Assembly: GCA_043228905.1 (NCBI GenBank) | Contig: JBHGNT010000009.1 | Location: 16,616,001-16,680,000 of the forward strand | DNA: 64,000 bases | Origin: Azolla caroliniana | Lineage: Eukaryota > Plantae > Polypodiophyta | Reading direction: 5' to 3' | In this document: piece after piece, positions 1-10,700 of the stretch | Layout: each line of letters opens with the position of its first letter | Position numbering within the stretch: position 1 is the first letter of the stretch | The notes under the pieces: generated by a model | Database searches by the model: none | What the model was told of the DNA's origin: nothing | Seen by the model: only the letters and a program-made list of their open reading frames with translations | Position numbers and translations under genes: made by a program

Positions 1-1623
1 AAAGAAGGAAGACCCGGGATAAGGGTCAGAGATATGGCAAGCCCGAGGAGAGCCGGCGCGAGGCCTAAAGTGACGAACGGTGGCGGCGAGGGGACGAAGG
101 CAAAAGGGCTACGGATGGGCGGTCTACAAAGATCCTCACACCGATCTGGCGGTCGGCCCGAGAGCCGGCGTGAGTGCTATAGGAAAGGACGGTGGCGGCA
201 GGTGAACGTGACCAATGGAAGAGAATGGCGAAGGCAGAGCGGAGTAGCTGTGACCTTACACACACCGATTCTAGAGACTCCGGAAGCCAGCAACAAGAGT
301 AGGCGTGAGACCTAGAGTAAGGGACGGTGGCAACGGCAAGGCGGGCAACCGAAGCCAGAAGGGGAGGTCCCACGAAGACACTCACACCGATTCGGCGGTC
401 GGCCAGAGTGCCGTCATGAGTCCTATAGGGGAGATCGGTGGCGGTAGGAGAACGTGATCGGACGATAGGAGGTGACGAACGGCAAGGAGGTATGAGGCCG
501 GCAAGGCGGCTACAGACCATGTCAAAGCTTCCGGCGAGGTGAGTGGGCGTAAGGAAGTCCGGTCCTATGGGATCCCCACACCTAACCAGAGACTCCGGCA
601 GTTCGGCCAACATGGCAACATGAGACCGAGAGAGAAGGTTGGTGGCGGCAGGAAACGGGACCCGACTACACGGAAGACACGAGGAGAGTCCGGGAGGGAC
701 TCAAACAAAAGATACCCGCATTTCAGCAAGCGACGAAACGAAGACCGGTCCAATGGGATCTTCACACCGGTTCCGGATACTCCGGCTGTTCGGCCAACGT
801 GGCAACATAAGACCGAGGGAGAAGGAAGGTGGCGGCAAGGGATGGAACCCGACATCGACAAAGGAGCCGGTAAGACGGGCGGACGAAGTGCGAAACCCTC
901 ACCGGCCGGTTACGTTTTCGGAAGTAGCCGGTAGGGGCAAACACGGGGAGGTGTGTCAGGCCGGAAAGGCACACCTAGGACGGAACAAGAGTCTCGCAAG
1001 TGGCCATCGCGGGCCGGATCGAAGCGTGACTACGGGACAGTGTTCGGCACGGGCGAAGCCGAACAAAGGAAGCAGAAGACGGCACAAGGGAGGTGCCGGA
1101 AACGAGGCGACGAGTGCATAGTGGACTACACAGGGTCGGAGTCAGGGGATGACAAGGGAGTCCGGACGAGGATCCTCCACACTTGCTTCGTAGATCTCGG
1201 CAGTCAGAGTAGCGAAGATTGAGACGGCAAGCCCGGGATGACAAGCTGGTGGGGCGAGGGGATGACGGCAAGCGAAAGACTTAAGACCTGTTGCAGCAGC
1301 GCAAAACGGGAAAGGCGAAGCAGGCCACTACGGGCATTCCTCAAGCAGAGGACATCGGGCATACGACGGAGAGCGGGGCGTTCATATGGCTGAAGAAGGG
1401 CCAGCGGAAGTACGCGTACTACGGAGATCACGGTAAAGGACCCATCGACAGGTCGAACGAGCCTACGGGGAGGTAAGCGCGAAGGAAGAACCGAAGCCGA
1501 CGGTTCGAACCGGCAGCGAGCCGGGATGTGGATCACGGTTGACCGGTTTCTCATCGGCCGAAATCTCTCACCCTTCACCGGATTTGGCACGTACCGGTGG
1601 ACGTGCGGTTTGGTGGGGGCGGA
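1..1623 (+). mobile_element. 3' internal region of non-autonomous Gypsy element O (relative of element B); extends left of the window
   Basis: 1540-1633 (gaccggtttc...gatttggcacgtaccggtggacgtgcggtttggtgggggcgga-tgtcgtgaag) matches the pre-LTR/PPT region of B (17509-17585). No intact pol; degenerate 120-190 bp repeats. Confidence 0.7.
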
Positions 1624-1994
1624 TGTCGTGAAGACTTTCGGCCAGAGGCGAAAACCGGGAAACATTGGCTACATCGGCGGGGTGCAGCACGTGTGTTCAC
1701 CCTTGTACATTTAGTGTGAATAACGAGGGCGCCTTTATGGCGCCGAAGAGTAGTCAAGTCGGGACAGACGATCCCATGTAAGTCGGGATTTATCCCACAT
1801 TGTAACACATCCCTCTCCTTGTTCTATAAAAGGAAGGGAGCGCCCTTTGTGAAAGGGTTGCCCATTTTTCGTTAGAGGGTATATCGTTAGATTTAGGGTT
1901 AGTTATTCTTCTTCTTCTTCTTCTTCTTCTTCTCCCCTTCGTGTTCGCTTAGGGTTGGCTTCAGCTCGTCTCCTGCGCAAGACCCCGCTTGGCG
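1624..1994 (+). repeat. 3' LTR of element O, left part (interrupted by element A)
   Basis: Starts TGTCGTGAAG right after PPT gtgggggcgga, as B's LTRs do; TATAAAAGG near 1826; (CTT)n tract. Confidence 0.7.
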
Positions 1995-2432
1995 TGTTAA
2001 CTCTTAGGGCCGGACAATGGCCTAACATAGGGTGTCTACGGAAGACACTTCACCAAAGGGGTGTTACGGCAACAGGATTAGACTCAACGATTAATCTGAC
2101 TTAATTAAGTTACTTAGCAAGATCGTCCTTAATATTCACACGCGTAAGATATAACAATGAATGCAGAACGGCAATTAACACAAAGAGATAACAACACTAA
2201 GCTTTATTACTTAGCCGCTGTTCATTACATTGTATCCGGGCCTTTAAATAGGTTCCCGGTCTGTATTACAAAACGGTGCCATCCGCACCTGTTCGGGATC
2301 GGTCCGGATCCGGAACGGCATACCGATTCCGGTCCGTCCGTCCACACTCATAGCTTACCTACAACCATTCCTACTAATTAAATGACTCCCCGTTTCACAC
2401 TCTGGACTCCTTTGTCGGCCGGGCCGGTAACA
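1995..2432 (-). repeat. 3' LTR of element A (438 bp)
   Basis: Near-identical to 23883-24321; the minus strand has TATTTAAA followed by AATAAA. Confidence 0.93.
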
Positions 2433-2434
2433 CA

Positions 2435-2451
2435 TGGCACGCCCGTGGGAC
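2435..2451 (+). promoter_or_regulatory. Second, inverted PBS-like site TGGCACGCCCGTGGGAC (tRNA-Arg(UCU)-like) occupying the PPT position of element A
   Basis: 2 nt from the LTR end; one base short of the known Tat-type PBS TGGCACGCCC(A/G)GTGGGAC; no purine tract present. Confidence 0.65.
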
Positions 2452-2486
2452 AGTACCTTGTACGTCGAATCCACATCCGACCCTTG

Positions 2487-5264
2487 CTATTCCTCGTCCA
2501 AAATATCCAGAATGCTTTGTTCGAGAGTCTCCAATAGTTCATCTGGAATTGGTTGTTGTTGTTGTTGTGGTTGTTGTTGTTGCTCTGTTGATGGCAGCTG
2601 CGACGGGTCCGTTGGTGGCGGCTGCGGCTGCTCCTCCGTTTGTTGCTCTGACACCGGCGTCTCCGTCGTTGCTCCCTCCGTCGTAGTGGTCTCCGGTTGA
2701 CTGGTTCCGGGCTGGCCCTCGGCCAGCGACGGTTCCTCATCACTAAGGTTAACCGTTGCCGCTTCTCGTGCTTTTTCTTCCCGAACCCGGGACCGCTCGT
2801 AGCTTTCAAACTGGATTTGAGCGTCCAGCCTATCATTGTCTAGCTGAGCTACGAGTTGCCGGACCTGCGCTAGCTATTCATCCGCCAGGACTTGGAAGTC
2901 ATCGGCCAAGTCGTCGGAAGTCAACGTGTAACAATCATCTCCTTCCTTCCGCCGGTTTGCCACATCTGCCCGTAGTAATTGGAGTTCCGCCGCGTTTTGT
3001 GCCCACTTTGTCCACCATCTTACGGAGCTTTCGTCAATCAAGCGTTTTGTCTTATTCAACCATGCCCAGAGGATGCACTGAATCCGGCCCGTTCCCAACT
3101 ACGATTTGGTCTCCGCAGCTTGTCGTTCCTCCTTCAATTGCTTGATGATTTTGACGTTGTCTTCCGCCTGCTCCTTGTAATGCGTCAATTGCCTTTGATA
3201 TTTGCTTTGTAATTTCTGCAATACCGTTGACGCTCTCTCCTTTTCTTCCTGCTGCTGCCTCTGGAGCTCCATCCGGACCTTCTCCGCCTCGTCCAACCGT
3301 CTTGTATTTTCCGCACGTTCGTCGGCGATCACCGTTGCGGCCCGATCAACTTCCTGCTGGAGCTCAGCCATCCGTTCCTTATGCTCCGTTTCCAGCCGTT
3401 TGTAGTCCCGGTGCAGGTGCTCAAAATCATCTGTCTTTTGCTTGAGCCGTGCGTTGATCTGTCGACGGGCCCAGTCCTCGCGGTTCTTCTGCTGGCGGAG
3501 CTCTTCCTTTAGCCGTTCAATTTTCGTTTCCGCCGTCTTCCGCAGCTTGTCCTTTTCCTGTAGCACTTTGTCTTTTTCCTCCCTTAGCCGGTCGTACGCT
3601 TGATGGCCTTTCCGGAGGCTCTCCTCTGCCCGGCGGAGGTTCTCAGCAGTCTTCTTTAATTCGGCTTTGGCCGCTGTCTTCAATTCCCGTTCCCGGCTCC
3701 TTAGCGCTTCTTGTGCGGCAAGTTCATCTCTCAATTCCGCAAGCTCCTGGGCTTGCGCCACATCTCTCTCTGGAACGGTTTCCGTTGCCAGGGTCTTATT
3801 GGTATGTACAGGTTGATCTATTTCTTTATTCTGTACACTTACCGGAGTCACCGGTGATTGGATCTGTGTTGCCGTTAAGGCCATTTTGGCCATCTCTGTC
3901 GTGACCTAATCCAAGTCTCTTTCAAGGCACCGAATTCTGGACCGGGCCGTCTCTAGTTTTTCGGTTGTGACGAGCAACCGTTCACTTTGCGCTCTTTCTT
4001 CCGCCTCAATATACCCCACTGCTCCGGCAATCTATTCGCCTATCCACCAGAGCCACAGGCTACCGGTGCCTTGTTGTTGCGTTTGCTCGGAGGTTTGACG
4101 GATGGGCTCGCTTGTAGATGGGTGGTCCCGCCTGATTGCGCCGAGTTGCAATTCCGTTTCTGCTCGTGGACCACCCTGCTGTCCTGGTTCCCCTTGCGCT
4201 TCTTCTTGGTTGGCCGAGGGAGGCTGCATTGACCTTTCCGGCTCTAGCGGGATGGGACTTGCCGGTGTTGCCGGTGATGCAGGGGCTTCTGATTCCGGTG
4301 CCATGCGCACCGGTTCCGGTTCTTCCCTTGGCGTGGGAGTCTCAGTATGGGGAGCTGGTGTTCCCTCCGTCTGAGGGTTCGAACGTTTCCTGGCTGCCTC
4401 AACGGTCCTTGCCGACGACCGTCGCTTGAGGTGCTCCGTAGGCTCCTCCTCTATTTCCTCTTCTTGAGTCCCGGCATTGAGTTTTGCCGCCAAGGGGTCT
4501 GCTTCTCTATTCACCGGTCCGCGGAGTGTAACCTTTACGGGCCGTGCCGGTGGTTCCTCCTGCGCATCCGTTGGCCGCTTCCAGCTGGCGCTCTCCTTTC
4601 CCGCCTGTTCTGCGTCCGCCGCCTTCCCCTTAGTGGCCTTAGAGGCCAATAGTTGTTGTCTTTTGGAAGCCGTCATTGGGGTGCCGTCCGCCACTCTTCC
4701 TCTCTTCTTGGGTTGGACGGGTTGGACGGGTGGCACAAGCAAGGTGAGCCACTGCGTTACGGCGTGCCATATCCTTCGTCCGTCTCGGCCTTCTTTGCCG
4801 TCTTTGCCTCTGACGATCTCGATCTCCGCACACAACCCGTCTGCAATCAATACCGGCCAATCCACCTTGATCCCTTCATAGGTGGCGATGATCATTCCTG
4901 CCCGGTTCTGCGGCATGACAGGGGGTCTAGGGTACACATGGCCGTATTCGTGGAGCACACGGGCAATCTCGCGGAACAACATATCTCCGCCGCCCTGTGT
5001 CCAGTAGCCCTTGCTGGCTAGGGAGTACTCACCAAAATACCTGATGAGCTGCTCCGAGGTCGGATTGTCAATCGTGAGTATGCCTCCCTCCGGAAGGCCT
5101 ATTAACGCTCAAATCGCCTCCGCCGTTATGACCTCTGTGTTGATTTCTTTGATCACCTTGTCGGCTTCTTTGTGTGGCGGTACCTCCATAATCATCAAGA
5201 AGCCCTCGAGCCCATGTTGCTTTAGCCAGGCCTTGGCGGCTTCCAACAGCATTTGCGGGTCCAT
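2487..5264 (-). pseudogene. Extra 3' ORF of element A, 925 codons, coiled-coil/low-complexity protein, 5 in-frame stops
   Basis: ORF-track segments 5109-5507, 4032-4982, 3099-3893 and 2874-3098 share one frame that continues to ...QQQPIPDELLETLEQSILDILDEE* at 2487. Stops at 5109, 4032, 3906, 3099, 2874; no net frameshift. Confidence 0.8.
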
Positions 5265-5439
5265 GTCTATGTCGAGGTCGGCTTGTGGTGGCGAGGTTGG
5301 CTGGTGAGGAGAGTGAGAGTGAGAGAGAGAGAGTTCAGAAGGCGGGGGTTCTCTATGTGTAGGTTCTCGTCTGATGATCTTGCAGCGCCTTGGTGCTTTT
5401 GTGCTCCTAGGTTCGCGAAAGTAGAGGGTTTCCACACGC

Positions 5440-6079
5440 TGTCGTGAAGAAAACCGTCCACAAGCGGAATCGGTGCACCGGAGCGTAGGAACCAGCTCTT
5501 CATGCACGTGCGCCTTATGTTGTACATAGGAGATCCTAGGCAGGCAGATTTGGTAGGTGGGGAAGTAAAGGGGAAACGGCTCCTTCCTTGCCTATAAAAG
5601 GAGGGAGACGAGGAGGAGGAAGGGATCGCGGAGAGTTGAGGACGAAGTGCTGTCGGTTTGCGTGCGAAGGCTTCTCTCTCTCTCTCTGGTTCGCAAACTC
5701 CATAGCTTCCTTCTGTGCAGGTTTCGGGAGGCTTGCGCTACTCTGAGGAATGCCCGAGTGCTTCCGGCAGCACCTCCAACCTGTTCCTGTCTTTCTGTGC
5801 GTTTACGAACAGGTATCGGCAACTGTTCGCCGGCCTGTTCGGTTGTAACCGACTTCGTGTTTTGTTGTCTTCGTGTTCTTGTTGTTTGTCTTTGTCAATA
5901 CATACATACATTCGTGTCTTTCTCTGTCGCTGTCCCACTTGCGTCTTTGCGTCGAAGGGCCGTGTCCCTGTGGATCTACGCTCGCACGTAGAGGGATTCT
6001 TCCCCTCCTCTCTTGCTCTTTGGTACAGGACCCCCGAGGTCCTGCCTCATTCCACGCATCCGCGAGGAATACCTCGACA
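5440..6079 (+). repeat. 5' LTR of element B
   Basis: Direct repeat of 17576-18215; TATAAAAGG near 5593. Confidence 0.95.
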
Positions 6080-6083
6080 TATT

Positions 6084-6101
6084 TGGTGAACCCGACGTGA
6101 A
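6084..6101 (+). promoter_or_regulatory. PBS of element B, complementary to tRNA-Trp
   Basis: TGGTGAACCCGACGTGAA is the 18-nt complement of the recalled plant tRNA-Trp(CCA) 3' end. Confidence 0.85.
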
Positions 6102-6123
6102 GGAGGCGGCAGAAGAGCAGAAG

Positions 6124-7287
6124 ATGAAAGGGTCGGATCTTGCGGAGGCCATGGCTTCGGCCGTGGATCGGATATTGAGCGCACGCGAGGGCTTCGGCGC
6201 CCTCGACAGAGCCATTGAGGCGGTCGTCGGTACGATCGGCCGGTTCAGCGGAAAGGATGCCACAAAGTATTTGGCGTCCTACGGGGCAGAAATGCTGATG
6301 CGGGACATTCCGGAAGAGAGGCGTCTTGCCGGGTTTCCTCGAGTGGCGATGCCGAGCATCCATGTGGAGGTGCTCGAGGTGCGGGCGGAGAGCCGTACCT
6401 GGGAGGAGTTCGAATGCCGACTCCTGGAAAAATACGGGTTGGACGACGCGCTCCGGCTTTTGAAACGAGACTTCATGGAATGGGTGGAGTCCCCCGGCAA
6501 GAGAAGAAACGCGTCGGCACTCCTCCGGGAGTTCGAAGAACGCTTTGCGCGCCTTTCGGCGCTTGACCGAACCGTTCTGGATACGAGCCGGGTCCTACTG
6601 TTCGTCAAGTCGGTGGACGAGCGGGACCGGATCAAGTCGGCTCCTTGCTGGAAACCGAAGACGGGCTGACGACCGACTGGGCTACGGTTAAGAGGGTCTG
6701 TGGCCGTTTCGACAAACGGCGAGAATGGGCTGATAACGGGGCGACCGGTGCGGGGTCTGTCATAGCAAGGAGGCTTGAACCGACACCGCAAGGGCGAAGG
6801 GAACAAACCCGGGAATGGCTCGAAACCGGTCCGGCTTCGACCGGCATGGTCAGTGGCTCGTCCGGAGGAGCAGTGCTGGAGAAGTTGACGTGGGCGATAA
6901 AGGATTTCCAGATCGCCCAGACTCGAAGGGAAGGCGGCGAACCGGCTCGTGACCGACGGCCGGCAGTAGGGAACAGGTGCATGTGGTGCGACGAGGTCGG
7001 CCACATCCGGAAGGACTGCGGCGATTTCGCTGAAGCGTTGAGGAACCGGGTGGTGTACCTGTGGGAAGGTCGGGTGCACGCCGGCGACACCAGAAGGGCC
7101 CTAAACCGAAATGACGAACGAGGAGGTATGAAGAGACTGATGGAGGAGGCAGCGGCCCGACACGTGGAGGCTATCCACTACTCGGCGTCGGCCGGCATTC
7201 GGGTCGGGGGCAGCGAGGCCCGAAAGGAGGGCAAAGACGGATTCTGGTCGGCGATGCTGGAAGGTCTTGCCGGCGCACGGTTGAAGA
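6124..7287 (+). pseudogene. Element B gag, 5' part (frameshift near 6640; cut by C)
   Basis: ORFs 6013-6669 and 6645-7322; zinc knuckle CMWCDEVGHIRKDC. Confidence 0.85.
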
Positions 7288-7730
7288 TGTCAGGAACTCT
7301 ATTAAGGCAGAGAAGGAATTAGTACTAAAAGAAGGATTAGTACTATTGTCGGGGAATAGTACTAAGACAGAGAAGGATTAGTACTATGAGAGGTGTCGAA
7401 CTTTGAGAGAAGGAATGGGTGAGTGAGAGAGAGAGAATGATGATGCGAAAGGTATATGTATTATATGAAGGAAGATATACAACAGTAGTTAGAAGGCTTA
7501 AGACTGGCGTTGAACCGATTTGGTTCGAACTAATGCCTTGCGCCTCCTTTTATAGTGTCCTCAGGAATACTCCTGAAGTTTCTAGAATGTTCCAGAGAAA
7601 TCTGGAATATACATCAATTTCCCAATAAAACCTAAATGAAAATAATATCCTTCAAATTACAATTTATAACCTAATGGTAAAGTCTCGACCCGTGTAACAA
7701 AAGGTTATGGGTTCGAGTCTAGTTATGACA
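7288..7730 (-). repeat. 3' LTR of element C
   Basis: TGTCA...TGACA, 443 bp. Confidence 0.96.
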
Positions 7731-10700
7731 CTATCCCCCCTTTAAAACGACGAGTTCCACGAGTCGTTTTGGATTGAGGACCCGGTTTCTCGGGATATCG
7801 TTGATGGAAGTCTTCTAGAAGAGCACGAGCATTGGTCACATTCTCGATCGGTTCCCAAGTACGCTCGCTGGGACTATATCCTAGCCAATCGACTAGATAG
7901 TAGAGCTTGTTGCGAACAATCTTGGAATCGAGGATGGCAGCGACCTCATACTCAGGTCCATCTTCGAGCTCGATAGGAGGTGGTGGTTGTATAGTACGTC
8001 CTGGGATAGTGCTCTCGTGATAGGGTTCGAGGAGAGAACTATGAAACACCGGATGTATCCGAAGTTGCGGAGGTAGCTCGAGACGAAAAGCGACATCATT
8101 AATCTTCCCGATAATACGGAAAGGACCTAATCGCCGATAATCCAACTTCTCACATGGGCGAGTAGTCTTGATGTGTCGTCGTAGCAGCCACACCCGATCT
8201 CCAATGTTAAAACTGGATGGAAGTCGATGACGATCTGCGTAGTCCTTGTGTGATTGTTGAGCTTGCTGGAGTTGAGTAGATAAATCCGCTTGTATCTTGC
8301 GTAACCGCTCCAAACGATCCTCCGCGCAAGGATTTGTGGACACTTCTGGGGTTTCAAGGACACACCACCGGGGATGATATCCTGTATAAGCGTAGAATGG
8401 CGTGACTTTAGTCGATGCGTGGATAGCGTTATTATAGGCAAATTCGGCGAACTGAAGAATATCTGCCCAGTCATTCTGATGATAGTTGAGAAAGCACCGC
8501 AGATACTGCTCCAGTGTTTGATTTGTTCGTTCAGCTTGACCGTCGGTTTGTGGGTGGTAGCCGGAGGAGAGGTGACAAGTGACCTTCAGCATTTTAAAAA
8601 GGTGCTTCCAGAATTTTGACACAAACTGAGGTCCACGATCGCTAATGATATTATCAGGGAGTCCATGATGCCGACATACTTCCCGCATGACAATTTCGGC
8701 GGTGTCTTCACTAGATATTTCTTTAGTACATGGTAAGAAATGAGCCATCTTTGTATATCGATCCACCACTGTGAGAATCGCACTGAATCCCTTGGAGACT
8801 GGAAGATCTGTAATGAAGTCAAGAGCAATGGATTGCCATGGCTTGCTTGGAATTGGTAATGGTTCTAATAAACCATATGGATGATGTCTTGGCATTTTCG
8901 CTCTGCAGCATGTATCGCAAGTCCGAACAAAATCTTCGACAAATTGTCGCATACGGGGCCACCAGAATGATCGTTGTACTAAATCTAATGTTTTAGTACT
9001 ACCAAAATGTCCTGCTGTATATGTGTCATGGCAGTTTTGTACTACTCGAAGGCGGCAAGAACCATTAGGAACATACAAAAGTTCTTTAAAGAAGAGTAAT
9101 CCATCACAGTATTTGAATTGCCGATAATCCGTACCTGGTGATTGTGATTGTGAACATGACGCTCGAGAGGGGTCAATTTGTGCTAGTATAGCTTGGGCGA
9201 AAGCGTCAGTCTTCAAGTCCTCACGTATAGTATTGGTAATGTCGGAATCCACGGGCATGTCAAAGACCTGTGCTGCTTGCAGTCGTGCTGGACCCAAGAT
9301 TACTTGCTTCTGGTTATCGAAAGTTGGCTCACTAGGACGTGGTGTTAGATACGAACGCCGTGATAATGCATCTGCCTTCCCTTGGTGCTTCCCCGGACGA
9401 TATGTAATTTTGAAGTCGAAGCGTGTGAGGAAGTGGGCCCACCGAGCTTGACGTCGATTCAGTACACGAGCATCTTGAAAGTAGGCAAGGTTCTTGTGGT
9501 CACTGAATACAGTGACCTGATGAGGAGATCCCTCCAGGAAATGCCTCCATTGCATAAAAGAATCAACTATTGCTAATAGCTCTTTATCATGAATTTCGTA
9601 GTTGATTTCGGCGGCGTCAAACTTACGGGAGTGGAAAGCCACAGGATGTAGCTTCTCGTCGTTACCCTGTTGTGACAGAATGCTCCCCAATGCGAAATCC
9701 GATGCGTCAGCTTCGATAATGAATGGTTTTTCCGGATCCACATGACCTAAAATTGGAGCTGATGTAAACGCCTTCTTAAGACTCTCGAAAGCCATGTCCG
9801 TCTCTTTAGACCAAAGGAATGATTGTCCCTTCCTGGTGAGCTGTGTGAGAGGCAGCACAATTTTTGAGTAATTTTGTATGAACTTCCGGTAAAAATTTGC
9901 AAAGCCTAGGAAGCATTGCACATCCCGCACCGAACGCGGAGTGTGCCATTCTATCACCGTTTTGACCTTGGCTGGGTCCATAGATATGCCTTCTGAGGAG
10001 ATGACATAGCCGAGAAACTCCACTTGGTTGCACCCGAAACTACATTTCTCTAACTTTGCATACAGACCATGTTCTCGAAGTCGTTTTAGTACTAATAGTA
10101 CATGAGAATCATGTTCTTCTTGGGTCTTTGAATAAACCAGTAGATCATCCAAATAGATGATCAAAAAATCATCCAAGAGATCTCGAAATATATCATTCGC
10201 CATGTGCTGGAAGACTGCTGGCGCATTAGTGAGTCCGAACGGCATGACCGTATACTCGAAGTGCCCATATCTGGTGCGAAACGCGGTCTTCCATTCATCT
10301 CCTGGTCGGATCCGTACGAGGTTATAGGCTCCTCGTAAGTCGATCTTCGTGAAGAACCTGGCACCGTTGATCCGTTCTAAAAGACTTGAGATAAGGGGAA
10401 GAGCATACCTATTTCTTACTGTGACCTTATTCAAGCCACGGTAATCTACAACGAGTCGAAGCGAGCCATCTTTTTTCTTGACGAAGAAAATGGGTGCGCC
10501 GGCTGGAGATTTCGAATGCCGAATGAAACCATTCTCCAAATTCTCCTCTATATAGGCTCGAAGGACTTCTAGCTCGGTTGGTGACAAATTGTAGATCGGC
10601 CCCCATGGCGGCTCTTTTCCCGGTTGTAAGTCGATGGCGCAATCGTACGGCCGATGATGAGGAAGTGTGTTGGCTTGTACTTTATCGAACACATCAGCAT

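Noticed and set aside
137-860. CRISPR-like array
   Set aside because: Repeats are degenerate, spacers are homologous, no cas genes, eukaryotic context.
941-960. ggggaggtg-TGTCAGG as PPT and LTR start of element O
   Set aside because: The site at 1624 matches element B's PPT/LTR junction far better.
7660-7730. True tRNA gene in the LTR
   Set aside because: A/B boxes are present but the T and anticodon stems do not fold.
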